Source of the DNA: Halieaceae bacterium
GTDB lineage: Bacteria > Pseudomonadota > Gammaproteobacteria > Pseudomonadales > Halieaceae
Reading direction: 5' to 3'
DNA length: 64,000 nucleotides
NCBI GenBank assembly: GCA_042090345.1
Contig: JBELJN010000006.1
Coordinates: forward strand, 11,923-75,922
Below the pieces are notes generated by a model. It made no database searches, was not told where the DNA came from, and worked only from the letters and a program-made list of their open reading frames with translations. Made by a program: the position numbers and the translations under genes. Below are positions 10,319-21,153 of the stretch, piece by piece. Each line of letters starts with the position of its first letter. The stretch's first letter is position 1.

Positions 10319-11905
10319 ATGAGTCTATTAACCGTTAATGATTTAAGCGTCTGCTTTGTCACGCGAAATGGAACGACAAAGGCCGTCCAGAACATCAGCT
10401 TTTCGGTAGAGCCGAAATCCATTACCGCCATTATTGGCGAGAGTGGCTCGGGTAAATCCGTTTCGTGCTACGCCCTGCTCGGACTCATTCCACAACCGCC
10501 AGGTCGTGTCGATTCGGGTAGCGCGCACTTCGAAGGCAGAGATCTGCTGGCGCTCTCAGAACGTGAGTTAAGGGGCGTACGCGGCTCCGACATTGCCATG
10601 ATCTTCCAAGACCCTATGACATGTTTGAATCCTTACATGCGCATTGGTGAGCAATTAATAGAGCCCTTATTAGTGCACGGTGTCGCCGATAAAGAGACGG
10701 CCACAGCTCGTGCTGTCGCCCTGCTTGATGAGGTCGGTATACGAAACCCTGCGTCGGCGATGAATGCCTACCCCTTTGAGTTTTCAGGTGGTATGCGCCA
10801 GCGAGTTATGATTGCGATGGCACTGATTACCGAGCCAAAACTGCTGATAGCGGACGAGCCCACAACGGCGCTTGACGTCACCATTCAGGCACAGATTCTT
10901 CGACTCATTAAGTCACTTCAAGAGAAGCGTGATATTGGCGTGCTGTTCATCAGTCACGACCTTGCCGTGGTTTCCGATATTGCCGATCAGATTGTGGTGA
11001 TGGAGAAGGGGCATGTGGTTGAACAAGGATCGCCCACCGACATTTTTTCGGGCGCACAGCACCCGTACACACAAAAGCTTCTTGCCGCCATTCCAAGTGG
11101 CGAGGCACCGCCCGCAGACGCATCACGCACACCATTTATAACAGCGAGTAACCTCAAGACTTACTTCACAAGCGAGAACAGTGATGAGCCCGTCAAAGCC
11201 GTTGATGATGTTTCGCTGACGATTAACCGTGGTGAGGTTTTGGGACTCGTAGGCGAATCCGGCAGTGGGAAATCGACGTTTGGACGCTCTCTTCTTCGCC
11301 TAACCCCCATTACCTCAGGCAACATAGCATTCGATGGCGTAAACGTGGGGGAGCTGGACCGTGGAAGCTTGAAAACCCTGCGTCGTCGGATGCAGATGAT
11401 ATTCCAGGATCCCTACGCCTCCCTGAATCCGCGAATGACGGTATACGACACGCTGGCTGAGCCACTCTTACTCCATAAGATCGTCGACCGCTCGAACCTC
11501 GATGCGGCGATCAAGTCGCTTATGGATAACGTGGGGCTATCGCGTGCTTTTGCCAAGAAATACCCGCATGAGTTTTCGGGGGGACAGCGACAGCGCATTG
11601 CGATTGGTCGGGCTTTGGCCACCAAACCTGAATTCATTGTCGCCGACGAGCCGGTTTCGGCACTCGACGTGACCATTCAAGCCCAGATTCTCGATCTACT
11701 GAAAGACCTCAAAGACGAGTACGGACTGACCATGTTGTTTGTCTCTCATGACCTGGCCGTTATTCGACAAATTGCCGATCGCGTTGCTGTTCTGTATCAC
11801 GGGAAGCTTGAGGAAGTTGGCGAGACCGCATCGGTATTTAATACTCCTACCAGCGACTACACAAAGCGCCTCTTAGCCGCTATTCCTGGGAAAACGGCTG
11901 CCTAG
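10319..11905 (+). CDS. Fused double ATPase of the peptide ABC transporter (YejF-like)
   Basis: Two complete ABC cassettes are present. Walker A appears as GESGSGKS twice, the signature as FSGGMRQR and FSGGQRQR, and Walker B as [12 protein letters not shown] and [12 protein letters not shown]. Confidence 0.9.
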   Translation: MSLLTVNDLSVCFVTRNGTTKAVQNISFSVEPKSITAIIGESGSGKSVSCYALLGLIPQPPGRVDSGSAHFEGRDLLALSERELRGVRGSDIAMIFQDPMTCLNPYMRIGEQLIEPLLVHGVADKETATARAVALLDEVGIRNPASAMNAYPFEFSGGMRQRVMIAMALITEPKLLIADEPTTALDVTIQAQILRLIKSLQEKRDIGVLFISHDLAVVSDIADQIVVMEKGHVVEQGSPTDIFSGAQHPYTQKLLAAIPSGEAPPADASRTPFITASNLKTYFTSENSDEPVKAVDDVSLTINRGEVLGLVGESGSGKSTFGRSLLRLTPITSGNIAFDGVNVGELDRGSLKTLRRRMQMIFQDPYASLNPRMTVYDTLAEPLLLHKIVDRSNLDAAIKSLMDNVGLSRAFAKKYPHEFSGGQRQRIAIGRALATKPEFIVADEPVSALDVTIQAQILDLLKDLKDEYGLTMLFVSHDLAVIRQIADRVAVLYHGKLEEVGETASVFNTPTSDYTKRLLAAIPGKTAA

Positions 11906-11930
11906 CGGCTAGCAGTCTAGTATTTCGACG

Positions 11931-11955
11931 AGCCCCCAAGAGACGTCAGGGGGCT
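11931..11955. terminator. Hairpin between convergent ABC ATPase and phoD, a possible bidirectional terminator
   Basis: AGCCCCC (11931-11937) pairs with GGGGGCT (11949-11955) across an 11-nt loop. Neither side has a clear U-tract. Confidence 0.35.
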
Positions 11956-12011
11956 TAACCAGTCCTAAGCACAGTGACGAATAAAATCCACGTCAAAGAA
12001 AATGATGCGAC

Positions 12012-13658
12012 TTACCCGAACTGCTTTTTACCGACTTTGCAAACAATGGGTTCGCTCTCGGAAATCGAGTAACGACTTTCGAGAATCGTAGAGACAAATC
12101 GCCACTTCGAGGTCGTAGCCTCAGGTGTAAACTCGATATGAGTCCAGCCGCGCCTCGCCGTATCGAGGTCGTAGAGTTCCTTACTGCTCGCCTTGAGGGC
12201 CTTTCTCAATACGTCTGGTGGAGCCGGTAAGTAAGCCTCCATTCCTGGGCTGGTGATGCCCGGCGTACCAATCTCAACGCCTATGGCGTCCCCCTCTTGA
12301 TCTTGCATATTGAAAGCCCAGCCATTGTGAGTATCGCCGGCCAGTACAACGGGGTTCTTGGCAAACCGCTTAAAGATGGCGTGTATGCGCTCGCGGCAGA
12401 CCGGATAACCATCCCATGCGTCGAGATTCATAGGTAATCCTGCCTCAGCGATTTCTCGCATCCCCTCTAATCGCTCGCGATAGTATTTTGGCAGTGCCAT
12501 GCTATCGATGGCGTGTTTTGAGAGGACGGGTGCGATGAGCTTCCCCATCAGCACTTGCTGGCCAATGATTTGCCATGTCGCACCTCGATCGCGGCCCGCC
12601 GCAAGTTGTGAGGCCAACCAATTCTCCTGCTCGGCACCTAAAATGGTGCGATTGGGATTCATCAACAATTCTTTAACGAAGGCCTCTGCTCCACCCGCTT
12701 TAGGGATATCACGTTGGTAAATGAGCTGCTCATCGCGACCGTGGAGTCGCGTATCAAGCATAATCAGGTCTGCGAGATTCCCGATCTGGAACTGCCGGTA
12801 GATCGGTGCTTGGTCAGTTTGCGCTGCGGTGCGAATCGGCATCCACTCGTGATAAACCTTACGCGCCATCGCAATACGCTCATCAAAGTCACCTTCTCCC
12901 TCATTATGGTTCTCAGCGCCAGCCTTCCAGGTGTTATTCATGAGCTCATGATCATCCCAGACACAAATCCATGGATGCGAGGCATGTGCCGCTTGTAAAT
13001 CTTTGTCCGCACGATAAACCGCGTATCGGGCGCGGTAATCGTCCAGCGTCAGAATTTCATTCTCGGGCTCAACGGCTCTACCTAGGGTCCCCTCGGCAAT
13101 AGGGTTTACGTAGACGCCGCGGGCATATTCATAAATGTAATCTCCTAGGTGCAGTACAACATCAAGATCGCTTTTCGCGATATCGTCATACGCGTGAAAA
13201 TAGCCCTGTGGATAGTTGGAGCAGGAAGCCACTGCCATGCGAAACAGCGGGACATCACCCACAGGCAACGTTTTGGTACTCCCCGTCGGCGAGTACTCAC
13301 CGTTCACCCTGAAGCGGTAAAAGTAGCGCTTACCAGCTTCTAGCCCTGTCGCATCGACTTTCACGGTGTAGTCGCGCTCGGCATGGGTGGCCGCAGTTCC
13401 GCTAGCGACTAATCGCGTAAAGGACGCGTCATCAGCCACCTGCCAGATAATCTCATTCAATTGACCGTCCACTTTGGAAGCACCCGCCTTTGGAAGATAA
13501 CGAGTCCAGAGAATGACGCGGTCTGATAGCGGATCGCCCGACGCAATACCATGAGTAAACCCATAGGACCTCGTGGATGCATAGCTCATGCGGCTCGCGC
13601 CCATAATTCCTACACCCGCGGTCATTCCTTGCAAAACGCGTCGACGATTAATGTTCAT
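12012..13658 (-). CDS. phoD: Alkaline phosphatase D family (PhoD), Tat-exported
   Basis: Twin-arginine signal MNINRRRVLQGMTAGVGIMGASRMSYA. PhoD-like metallophosphatase motifs are present (GDYIYEY, WDDHE, GDTHNGW). Confidence 0.85.
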   Translation of the reverse strand: MNINRRRVLQGMTAGVGIMGASRMSYASTRSYGFTHGIASGDPLSDRVILWTRYLPKAGASKVDGQLNEIIWQVADDASFTRLVASGTAATHAERDYTVKVDATGLEAGKRYFYRFRVNGEYSPTGSTKTLPVGDVPLFRMAVASCSNYPQGYFHAYDDIAKSDLDVVLHLGDYIYEYARGVYVNPIAEGTLGRAVEPENEILTLDDYRARYAVYRADKDLQAAHASHPWICVWDDHELMNNTWKAGAENHNEGEGDFDERIAMARKVYHEWMPIRTAAQTDQAPIYRQFQIGNLADLIMLDTRLHGRDEQLIYQRDIPKAGGAEAFVKELLMNPNRTILGAEQENWLASQLAAGRDRGATWQIIGQQVLMGKLIAPVLSKHAIDSMALPKYYRERLEGMREIAEAGLPMNLDAWDGYPVCRERIHAIFKRFAKNPVVLAGDTHNGWAFNMQDQEGDAIGVEIGTPGITSPGMEAYLPAPPDVLRKALKASSKELYDLDTARRGWTHIEFTPEATTSKWRFVSTILESRYSISESEPIVCKVGKKQFG

Positions 13659-13739
13659 AAATTCCGTTTTCCTATTACTAAAACCACCACTCTCACGGCC
13701 AGAGCGAATGCGATCTTAAAGACTAATGTCGCGTAGATC

Positions 13740-13757
13740 TGTGAATGTAGTGTGAAA
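13740..13757 (-). promoter_or_regulatory. Pho-box-like direct repeat upstream of phoD
   Basis: The minus strand reads TTTCACA-CTAC-ATTCACA, a 7-bp repeat with 11-bp periodicity about 80 nt upstream of the phoD ATG. The match to the enterobacterial CTGTCAT-N4-CTGTCAT consensus is only partial. Confidence 0.25.
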
Positions 13758-13829
13758 GTTATCGTTATTTGGTCGACAAACAGTACCTGAATTTAAGGCG
13801 AGACCAAGCCCTTGTGCGACAATAGTGTG

Positions 13830-14843
13830 ATGAGTATCGATACCGACCAAAAACCTTATTCACCCTGGCGATTCAGTACAGCCCCTTGCATGGACTGGAC
13901 AGATCGACATTGTCGCTATTTTTGGCGATTGATGAGCCAGCACAGCAGAGTCTATACGGAAATGGTAACAACCGGCGCCCTTATTCACGGGGATGCGCAC
14001 AGGCACTTACGGTTCAATGAAGAGGAGCACCCCGTTGCGTTACAGTTAGGGGGTAGCTCTCCTCGCGATCTTGCTATCTCTGCCAAGATGGGCGCGGAAT
14101 ATGGCTATGACGAGATCAACCTCAACTGCGGCTGTCCCTCGGATCGGGTCCAAAATGGCGCCTTTGGTGCCTGCCTCATGCGCGAGGCCGAGCTTGTGCG
14201 AGACTGTGTCAGCGCCATGAATGACGCAGTCGACATCCCGGTCACAGTCAAACACCGACTGGGCATCGATGAAGACAACAGCTACGACGTTGTCCGAGAT
14301 TTTGTGGGAACCGTGGCCGAGGGCGGCAGTGCAGTGTTTATAGCTCATGCACGAAACGCTTGGTTAAAGGGGCTTTCACCTAAAGAAAACCGGGAAGTGC
14401 CGCCCTTAAAATACGAGTGGGTCCATCAGCTAAAGCGCGATTTCCCTAACCTTACGATTGTCATTAACGGCGGCATTACGTCGCTCGAGGAATGCCAAAC
14501 CCAGTTGGCCCATGTAGATGGTGTGATGCTGGGACGAGAACCCTATCAGAACCCCTGGTTAGTCAGTGACGTCGATCGGGTGTTATTTGACGGCGAGGGT
14601 TCAGGTCATACACGCCTGTCAATTGCTGAGGCCTTGATACCTTATTTGGAGCAGGTGCTCTCAGAGGGGGGGAGACTTAATCACGTTCTTCGGCATGTGC
14701 TCGGCTTGTACCAGCGCCAACCGGGCGGAAAGCAGTTCAGACGAATTCTGAGCAAAGGTATGCACAGCGAGGGCGCGGGTATCGAATTATTTGAGCAGGC
14801 GGTTGCACAAACTCAAGCGCTGATAGAGCGCCGTCGCGCCTAA
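13830..14843 (+). CDS. dusA: tRNA-dihydrouridine(20/20a) synthase DusA
   Basis: The sequence APMMDWTDRHCRYFWRLMS...VYTEMVTTGA is characteristic of DusA. The Dus catalytic region NLNCGCPSDRV is present. Confidence 0.9.
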   Translation: MSIDTDQKPYSPWRFSTAPCMDWTDRHCRYFWRLMSQHSRVYTEMVTTGALIHGDAHRHLRFNEEEHPVALQLGGSSPRDLAISAKMGAEYGYDEINLNCGCPSDRVQNGAFGACLMREAELVRDCVSAMNDAVDIPVTVKHRLGIDEDNSYDVVRDFVGTVAEGGSAVFIAHARNAWLKGLSPKENREVPPLKYEWVHQLKRDFPNLTIVINGGITSLEECQTQLAHVDGVMLGREPYQNPWLVSDVDRVLFDGEGSGHTRLSIAEALIPYLEQVLSEGGRLNHVLRHVLGLYQRQPGGKQFRRILSKGMHSEGAGIELFEQAVAQTQALIERRRA

Positions 14844-15565
14844 AACTCCTCGTCCCAATCTTCGTCTTCAAAGTCGGAAAACGTATCGACAATTACACCG
14901 TCATTCACCAGTGCCTCTCTGTTCTGGAGGTAGGCGTCACGAATAAAGACATAACGGTCGCCTGTAATCAGCTCTTCAGCCTCAAGTAGATCCGCTCGAT
15001 ATTCCAGAGCACGCCATCCGCGCGACCCCCACGTAATAAGATCGTCGTCTACAAGGTAGTCATTCGCTGACATGAAACTATCGGTAATATCGCCAACGCC
15101 GGCACGAATTGTGTAGGGGCCCAAAAATGGCATCATCACGTAGGGGCCTTCTGGTACCCCCCAGCGGGCAAGCGTATGCCCAAAATCCGTCTTGTATCGA
15201 TCGATTCCCATGTCTGATGCGACATCAAGAACGCCAAATAAACCTAGCGTCGTATTTATCAGCACGCGCCCGGTGTTCTTACCTGCTCTGACGGGGCGGC
15301 CCTGCAAGACAGCATTTAACGCGCCATTAATGTCAGTCAAATTATCGTAAGCATTCATTAATCCGCGGCGGATCGGCATTGGCATAATGTCGTCGTAGAC
15401 CACGGCAATAGGCCGCAGTACCGCAGCATCGGCTGCGTCATTGAATTCCAATATTTCGCGGTTTAACGACTCAAACGGGTCGTCATTGGCACTTGCCAAT
15501 GGCGGTACGATAACCATCGATATAACGACGCAAATATAAGTGAGCATGGAGAGTAAGCTACGCAC
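14840..15565 (-). CDS. mlaA: MlaA/VacJ outer-membrane lipid asymmetry lipoprotein
   Basis: DPFESLNREILEFNDAADAAVLRPIAVVY, INTTLGLFGVLDVA and GPYVMMPFLGPYTIR align with E. coli MlaA as I remember it. The C-terminal tail is acidic. Confidence 0.85.
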   Translation of the reverse strand: MRSLLSMLTYICVVISMVIVPPLASANDDPFESLNREILEFNDAADAAVLRPIAVVYDDIMPMPIRRGLMNAYDNLTDINGALNAVLQGRPVRAGKNTGRVLINTTLGLFGVLDVASDMGIDRYKTDFGHTLARWGVPEGPYVMMPFLGPYTIRAGVGDITDSFMSANDYLVDDDLITWGSRGWRALEYRADLLEAEELITGDRYVFIRDAYLQNREALVNDGVIVDTFSDFEDEDWDEEF

Positions 15566-15614
15566 TATTTAAACCTTCCCGTTACATATCAATATTGTAC
15601 CAAAAAGCGGCACT

Positions 15615-18600
15615 TTAACGTGGGTTATTCGTCATCCATTGCTCAACGGATTGCCACTGCTGATCGAGTCGCTTAGCCGATACGGGTAATTTTGTACCCA
15701 GCTGCTGTGCAAAGAGCGATACACGAAACTCTTCCAGCATCCACCTAAATCGAACAGCCTCGTAAGACAATACCTCCAGTCCCGGATAGTCTCTTTGACC
15801 TTTAGCAAGCCGCTCGAGCTGAGGCTGAAGCAAAGACATAGATTTCTCGTCTTTCCCCCCCTGCGCTGACAGTCGCTCAGCACGATTGAGAACCGCTTTT
15901 AAATACCGAGGATAGTAAGACAGCCACTCGGCCGGGGTCTCCAGCAAGGCTTTTGCGTCAAATAGTCCGGCTATTTGCTGTTCCATATCCAAGCGGGATT
16001 CAGAAAATTCTTTAGGTTGGTATTTCGTCAGAACAGACCGCACCCCAGCTGCGGTCTTCACGGCGAGTGTCAGGTGATTACCCATTTCCAAAACGTGGGG
16101 TACCCAGTTGGCTGTCACCTGATGCTGCACCTGACTAAACGTATCTGGCGATCGAGGCAGTACGATGTCCTCGAGCAATTGCCAAAGTCCACCTTCAATC
16201 AACGCATCAACCAGTGGGTCTCGCTCTAATTGAGCCCCCGCCAGCGCAAGCTTCGCCGCATTGTCAGTAAAGAGCTGCTTTTTAAGGTATTTGGCTGTTT
16301 TCAAATCCCCTTGAAGTAAAAGACCTGCCACACCAAGTCTGTGCTGACGCGTTGCCTCGGATGCATAATCCAAAAGCCTTACGGACAACTGTCCTGAGCC
16401 CTCCTTTATCACCGCAGGATAGGCCATGACCTCGGCCCCCGCCGACTTACCCCGCCACTCCTCGGGAAGCGCTTGAAAATCCCAGCGTGTAACGTTGACA
16501 CGCTCTAGATTGTTCTTCGTTGTCACAACCTCTACGGGAGAGTCACTTCGAAACTCCGCGATGAGACTCGAGAGGTCTCTGCCCTCAGCGAGTAATTTCT
16601 TACGATCATCAACAACACGGATATTCATTTGGTAGTAGGGTTCGATGACCACCTGTGACCAGTCATCAAGCGATACAGAAACGCCTCTCAAACTTTTTAG
16701 CTCGCGCGACAACACCTGTGCCAAAGGCTCATTACTCAAGGTCAATCGATCAAGTAGGGCATCCGCAACATCGGGTGCGGGAACGAGCTGTTTACGTAAA
16801 GTTTTAGGCAAACCTTTGATCATGGCGATCAGCTTCTCTCGCAGGAGACCTGGAACAAGCCACTCGAAGCGATAGCGCGGCGCACGATTCATCATTGCCC
16901 TGGGTATTGTCACCGTTACGCCATCACGGTTACCCCCTGGTTCAAACTGGTAACTGAGGTCGAAACAGACCTCTCCAACTTGTAAGGTCTTAGGGAATTG
17001 ATCCTCGACCTCACCACCTGGGTCACGCGTAAGCACCTGCTCACGATTCATCTTTAAGCTGGTCGAGGCGCTCTCGTCCCTGCGTAGCCATTTGTCGAGT
17101 GCCACACCGCTCGCGCAATCCGCCGGAAGACGTTCCTCATAAAACCGCACCATAGACTCCTCGTCGACCAATAAGTCTCGACGACGTGTGCGCGACTCCA
17201 ACTCCATAACATCAGCAACGAGTTTCAGATTGTGCTTCAAAAACTCAGGAGGCTTTCGAACGTTACCGGACACCAAGCCATCACGAATCATAATCTGACG
17301 TGATGTTTTTTGATCAATACCCGCATAGTGGACGCGCTGTCCATCACTGATCGTCAGGCCAAACAGTGAGACCCGCTCCTTTGCCATGACACGACCGGAA
17401 CGCGCGTTCCATGCGGGTTCATAGTGATGTCGCTTTAGCAGATCAGGATTGGTGTCTAACAACCAAGCCGGTTCAATCGCCGCGCACTGTCGCGCAAATA
17501 CCTGTGAGGTTTCCACCAACTCCGCGGCAACCAGCCACTTAGGGGGCTTCTTGTACTGACCCGAGCCAGGAAATACCTGTGCCTTTCGGTTACGAGCCGC
17601 GTTGAACTTCCGGTTCTCGTCTTGCTGCGCAATATTGCCCAGTAGACCCGTGAGTAACGCTCTATGAATCGCCTCATACCTGTCGTCGTCGGCTTTCCCA
17701 GACGTGACAGAAAATTTCATTTGTCGGCAAGACAGCACTAATTGATGGTGGACCTCTCGCCACTCGCGAATGCGCAGATACGACAAAAATTCGCGTTCAC
17801 ACAGTTTACGCAGCTGATTTTGACTAAGTGCTTGACGCTGCTCTTCCACGTATTGCCATAAGTTAACCCACGCTAAGAAGTCCGATTTGGCATTATTAAA
17901 TCGTGCGTGCTGCTGATCTGCTTGTGCTCGTTTTTCCTGAGGTCTCTCACGCGGATCTTGGACAGACAGAGCACTGACGATAACGAGTGCTTCGTGGAGG
18001 CAGTCTCGACTCGCCGCATCGAGTAAGATCCGACTCAACTTTGGGTCAACGGGCAACTTCACCATGGCTCTACCCAAGTGCGTAAGCTTGGCATCGGTAC
18101 CGACCGCTCCCAATTCAGTGAGCAGTCTGAAACCATCGCGAACCATTTTAGTCTCGGGTGGATCGACAAATGGGAACTGGCGAACATCGCCCAGACCGAG
18201 CTCCAGCATGCGCAAAATAACAGAGGCGAGGTTCGTACGAAGAATTTCCGCATCGGTAAACTCGGGTCGAGATAAAAAGTCTTGCTCTGAGTAAAGCCGG
18301 AAACAAACACCCTCTGCAACGCGACCACAACGTCCTTTACGCTGATTAGCGCTGGCTTGGGAGATGGATTCAATTGGCAAACGCTGAAGCCCCGATCGAT
18401 GGCTGTAACGACTCACGCGCGCATCGCCTGGGTCAATCACGTAGCGTATCCCCGGAACCGTCAGTGATGTCTCAGCCACATTGGTTGCGAGAACCACTCG
18501 CATGCCCGATCCCGACCGACTGAAAACACGGTTTTGCTCCGCGTTACTTAAGCGGGCGTAGAGCGGAAGAATCTGAATGCGATCTCGCCCTCGCAGGGTT

Positions 18601-19361
18601 TTCGCTAGGTCGCGTATTTGACGCTCGCCCGGACAAAAAATCAGCACGTCGCCACGAGGGCCATATTTTTGCGCCTCAATTTCATCAACGAGCTCCGCCA
18701 CCTGACGTTGCACGCCGCGATCCCGGTCTTCAACCGCATCCAAGTAATGGACATCAACAGGGTAAGCACGACCGGATACCTCGATAATCGGTGCATCGTT
18801 AAAGTGCTTACTGAAACGCTCAACATCGATGGTGGCCGACGTGATAATGACCTTCAGATCAGGCCGCCTGGGCAATAATCGCTTTAAATAACCCAAAATG
18901 AAGTCGATGTTGAGACTGCGCTCGTGAGCCTCATCAATGATCAATGTGTCGTAGGCATTTAGCTGACGGTCTCGCGTGAGCTCGGTCAGTAAAATACCGT
19001 CAGTCATTACCTTGACCGCTGTTTGCTCAGACACCTGGTCGTTAAACCGCACTTGGTAACCAACCAGTCCGCCTACTTCGGCGCCAAGCTCCTCGGCAAT
19101 TCGACTTGATACGGCGCGTGCCGCAATACGTCGTGGCTGTGTGTGGCCAATGCGTTTATCTCGGCCTCGACCTAACTCAAGGCATATTTTCGGGAGCTGC
19201 GTTGTCTTACCAGAGCCTGTTTCGCCCGCGACAACAACGACTTGATTTTCAGCGATAGCCCGCATGATTTCGTCTTTTCGAGCAACAACAGGTAGCTGCT
19301 CGGGGTACGAAAGGTGCTGAGGAACAATCCGCTCAAAACGACTTTCACGGTCTTTACTCAC
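15615..19361 (-). CDS. hrpA: ATP-dependent RNA helicase HrpA (DEAH box)
   Basis: 1248 aa. Motifs GETGSGKTTQLP, DEAHERS, SATID and QRKGRCGR are present, plus the long HrpA-specific C-terminal region. Confidence 0.95.
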   Translation of the reverse strand: MSKDRESRFERIVPQHLSYPEQLPVVARKDEIMRAIAENQVVVVAGETGSGKTTQLPKICLELGRGRDKRIGHTQPRRIAARAVSSRIAEELGAEVGGLVGYQVRFNDQVSEQTAVKVMTDGILLTELTRDRQLNAYDTLIIDEAHERSLNIDFILGYLKRLLPRRPDLKVIITSATIDVERFSKHFNDAPIIEVSGRAYPVDVHYLDAVEDRDRGVQRQVAELVDEIEAQKYGPRGDVLIFCPGERQIRDLAKTLRGRDRIQILPLYARLSNAEQNRVFSRSGSGMRVVLATNVAETSLTVPGIRYVIDPGDARVSRYSHRSGLQRLPIESISQASANQRKGRCGRVAEGVCFRLYSEQDFLSRPEFTDAEILRTNLASVILRMLELGLGDVRQFPFVDPPETKMVRDGFRLLTELGAVGTDAKLTHLGRAMVKLPVDPKLSRILLDAASRDCLHEALVIVSALSVQDPRERPQEKRAQADQQHARFNNAKSDFLAWVNLWQYVEEQRQALSQNQLRKLCEREFLSYLRIREWREVHHQLVLSCRQMKFSVTSGKADDDRYEAIHRALLTGLLGNIAQQDENRKFNAARNRKAQVFPGSGQYKKPPKWLVAAELVETSQVFARQCAAIEPAWLLDTNPDLLKRHHYEPAWNARSGRVMAKERVSLFGLTISDGQRVHYAGIDQKTSRQIMIRDGLVSGNVRKPPEFLKHNLKLVADVMELESRTRRRDLLVDEESMVRFYEERLPADCASGVALDKWLRRDESASTSLKMNREQVLTRDPGGEVEDQFPKTLQVGEVCFDLSYQFEPGGNRDGVTVTIPRAMMNRAPRYRFEWLVPGLLREKLIAMIKGLPKTLRKQLVPAPDVADALLDRLTLSNEPLAQVLSRELKSLRGVSVSLDDWSQVVIEPYYQMNIRVVDDRKKLLAEGRDLSSLIAEFRSDSPVEVVTTKNNLERVNVTRWDFQALPEEWRGKSAGAEVMAYPAVIKEGSGQLSVRLLDYASEATRQHRLGVAGLLLQGDLKTAKYLKKQLFTDNAAKLALAGAQLERDPLVDALIEGGLWQLLEDIVLPRSPDTFSQVQHQVTANWVPHVLEMGNHLTLAVKTAAGVRSVLTKYQPKEFSESRLDMEQQIAGLFDAKALLETPAEWLSYYPRYLKAVLNRAERLSAQGGKDEKSMSLLQPQLERLAKGQRDYPGLEVLSYEAVRFRWMLEEFRVSLFAQQLGTKLPVSAKRLDQQWQSVEQWMTNNPR

Positions 19362-19396
19362 ATGCTCCTCAACTCAATCACACCGCTTTCGGTTAT

Positions 19397-21082
19397 CTAG
19401 CCTCGCGCCGCCTCATCACGGAGCTCTCGTCGCAAGATTTTACCGACATTGGTTTTAGGTAGATCATCTTTGAACACGATGGACTTTGGCACTTTGTACG
19501 CAGTAACTTGCTCTCGTATGTACGCGATGACGGCGTCCTCGGTGAGCGCGGGGTCAGACTTCACGACATACATGCGAATGCCCTCACCCGTCGCCTCAGA
19601 TTCGATCCCCACGGCTGCACACTCAAGTACACCCGGATGCTTTGCACAAACATCTTCCAACTCATTGGGATAAACATTAAAGCCCGAGACGATAATCATG
19701 TCCTTGATACGATCTACAATCTTCACGTAGCCATCTGGCTGTATCACAGCAACGTCACCCGTTGCGAACCAGCCCTCTTGATCAAGCACCTCAGCTGTCG
19801 CTTCTGGACGCTGCCAATACCCCTGCATGACTTGAGGCCCTTTGATACAGAGTTCGCCTGCCTCGTTGAAACCGAGCGTCTCACCAGACTCACCAACCGT
19901 CTTCACATAGGTTTGCGGCACCGGTATGCCGATGGTGCCCAATTGGCGCCCATTACCCGGATTGCTTGTCGCTGTAGGTGATGTCTCGGTGAGCCCATAG
20001 CCCTCATAGACATTACAGCCTGTCACCTCAGCCCAGCGCTCGGCCGCAGCCTGCGTCAACGCCATACCACCAGACATTGTCAGCTCAAGATTATTAAACG
20101 CTGTTTTTTGGAAACGCTCGTCATTGCACAGCGCAACAAATAGCGTGTTCAACCCGCAAAACACGGTGGGCTGATATTTTTCAAACGCATCAACCACCGA
20201 AGGCAAGTCTCGAGGGTTTGGGATAAACAAGGTGTGTGCACCTTTGCGCAGCGAATACATCGACACAGTAAACGCGTAGATGTGATAAACCGGAAGCGGC
20301 TGCATGAAGACCGCACCTTCTGCCTCAATGCCGAAGGTTTCAAAAAAACCATCCAGTTGCATGACGTTTGCAACGATGTTCCCGTGAGAGAGCATGGCGC
20401 CTTTGGCCACCCCCGTGGTGCCCCCTGTGTATTGCAGCATCGCGAGGTCGGTCAAAGCGATATCAACCGGTGTGTGTGTCTGGCGTGCGCCCTTTGCAAG
20501 CACATCGTTAAATTTCACGACATTCGGTAACACAACCTTCGGTACCATCTTTTTGATGTACTTCACCGCCGCATTCAACAACCAGCGCTTTGGCATGGGG
20601 TGCAAGTCAGCAATTTCCGTCAGGACAATTTTCTCTATGTCAGTCTTTGAGACCACATTTGCAGCTGTCTCTGCGACGTTCGCTTGAAGCACTAGCAATC
20701 GCGCACCTGAATCATTTAGCTGATGTTCTAGTTCACGCTCTGTGTACAGCGGATTGGTATTAACAACGACCATTCCAGCCCGCAACGTTCCGAGACAGGC
20801 AACCAAATACTGCATCAAGTTGGGCATCTGAATCGCGACGCGATCACCCTGTGACAACCCTGAATCACTTTGCAGCCAACTTGCAAAATTAGCCGACAAC
20901 GTATCCAGCTCTCGGTACGAGATACTGTGCCCAACGCTCGAGCAAGCAGGCAGATCGGGGTACCGTTGCATCGCATCCTCAAACAGCGTCACAATGGACG
21001 AGTACGCTGTGACGTCTACGTCCCACTCAATTTCTAGGTCTTGGTATCGCGCAGCAATAGCGGCACTAACATCTGCTTGCAT
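19397..21082 (-). CDS. fadD: Long-chain fatty-acid--CoA ligase
   Basis: AMP-binding motifs LQYTGGTTGVAKGAMLSH, YGLTETSP and GDV...DGYVKIVDRIKD are present. Length is 561 aa. Confidence 0.9.
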   Translation of the reverse strand: MQADVSAAIAARYQDLEIEWDVDVTAYSSIVTLFEDAMQRYPDLPACSSVGHSISYRELDTLSANFASWLQSDSGLSQGDRVAIQMPNLMQYLVACLGTLRAGMVVVNTNPLYTERELEHQLNDSGARLLVLQANVAETAANVVSKTDIEKIVLTEIADLHPMPKRWLLNAAVKYIKKMVPKVVLPNVVKFNDVLAKGARQTHTPVDIALTDLAMLQYTGGTTGVAKGAMLSHGNIVANVMQLDGFFETFGIEAEGAVFMQPLPVYHIYAFTVSMYSLRKGAHTLFIPNPRDLPSVVDAFEKYQPTVFCGLNTLFVALCNDERFQKTAFNNLELTMSGGMALTQAAAERWAEVTGCNVYEGYGLTETSPTATSNPGNGRQLGTIGIPVPQTYVKTVGESGETLGFNEAGELCIKGPQVMQGYWQRPEATAEVLDQEGWFATGDVAVIQPDGYVKIVDRIKDMIIVSGFNVYPNELEDVCAKHPGVLECAAVGIESEATGEGIRMYVVKSDPALTEDAVIAYIREQVTAYKVPKSIVFKDDLPKTNVGKILRRELRDEAARG

Positions 21083-21153
21083 TCGGTTAACCCCGTTTTT
21101 CTGATTATGGTATTTTTAGGGCCGTTTAATTGGCCGGAAGCGAGGATCTCCCC

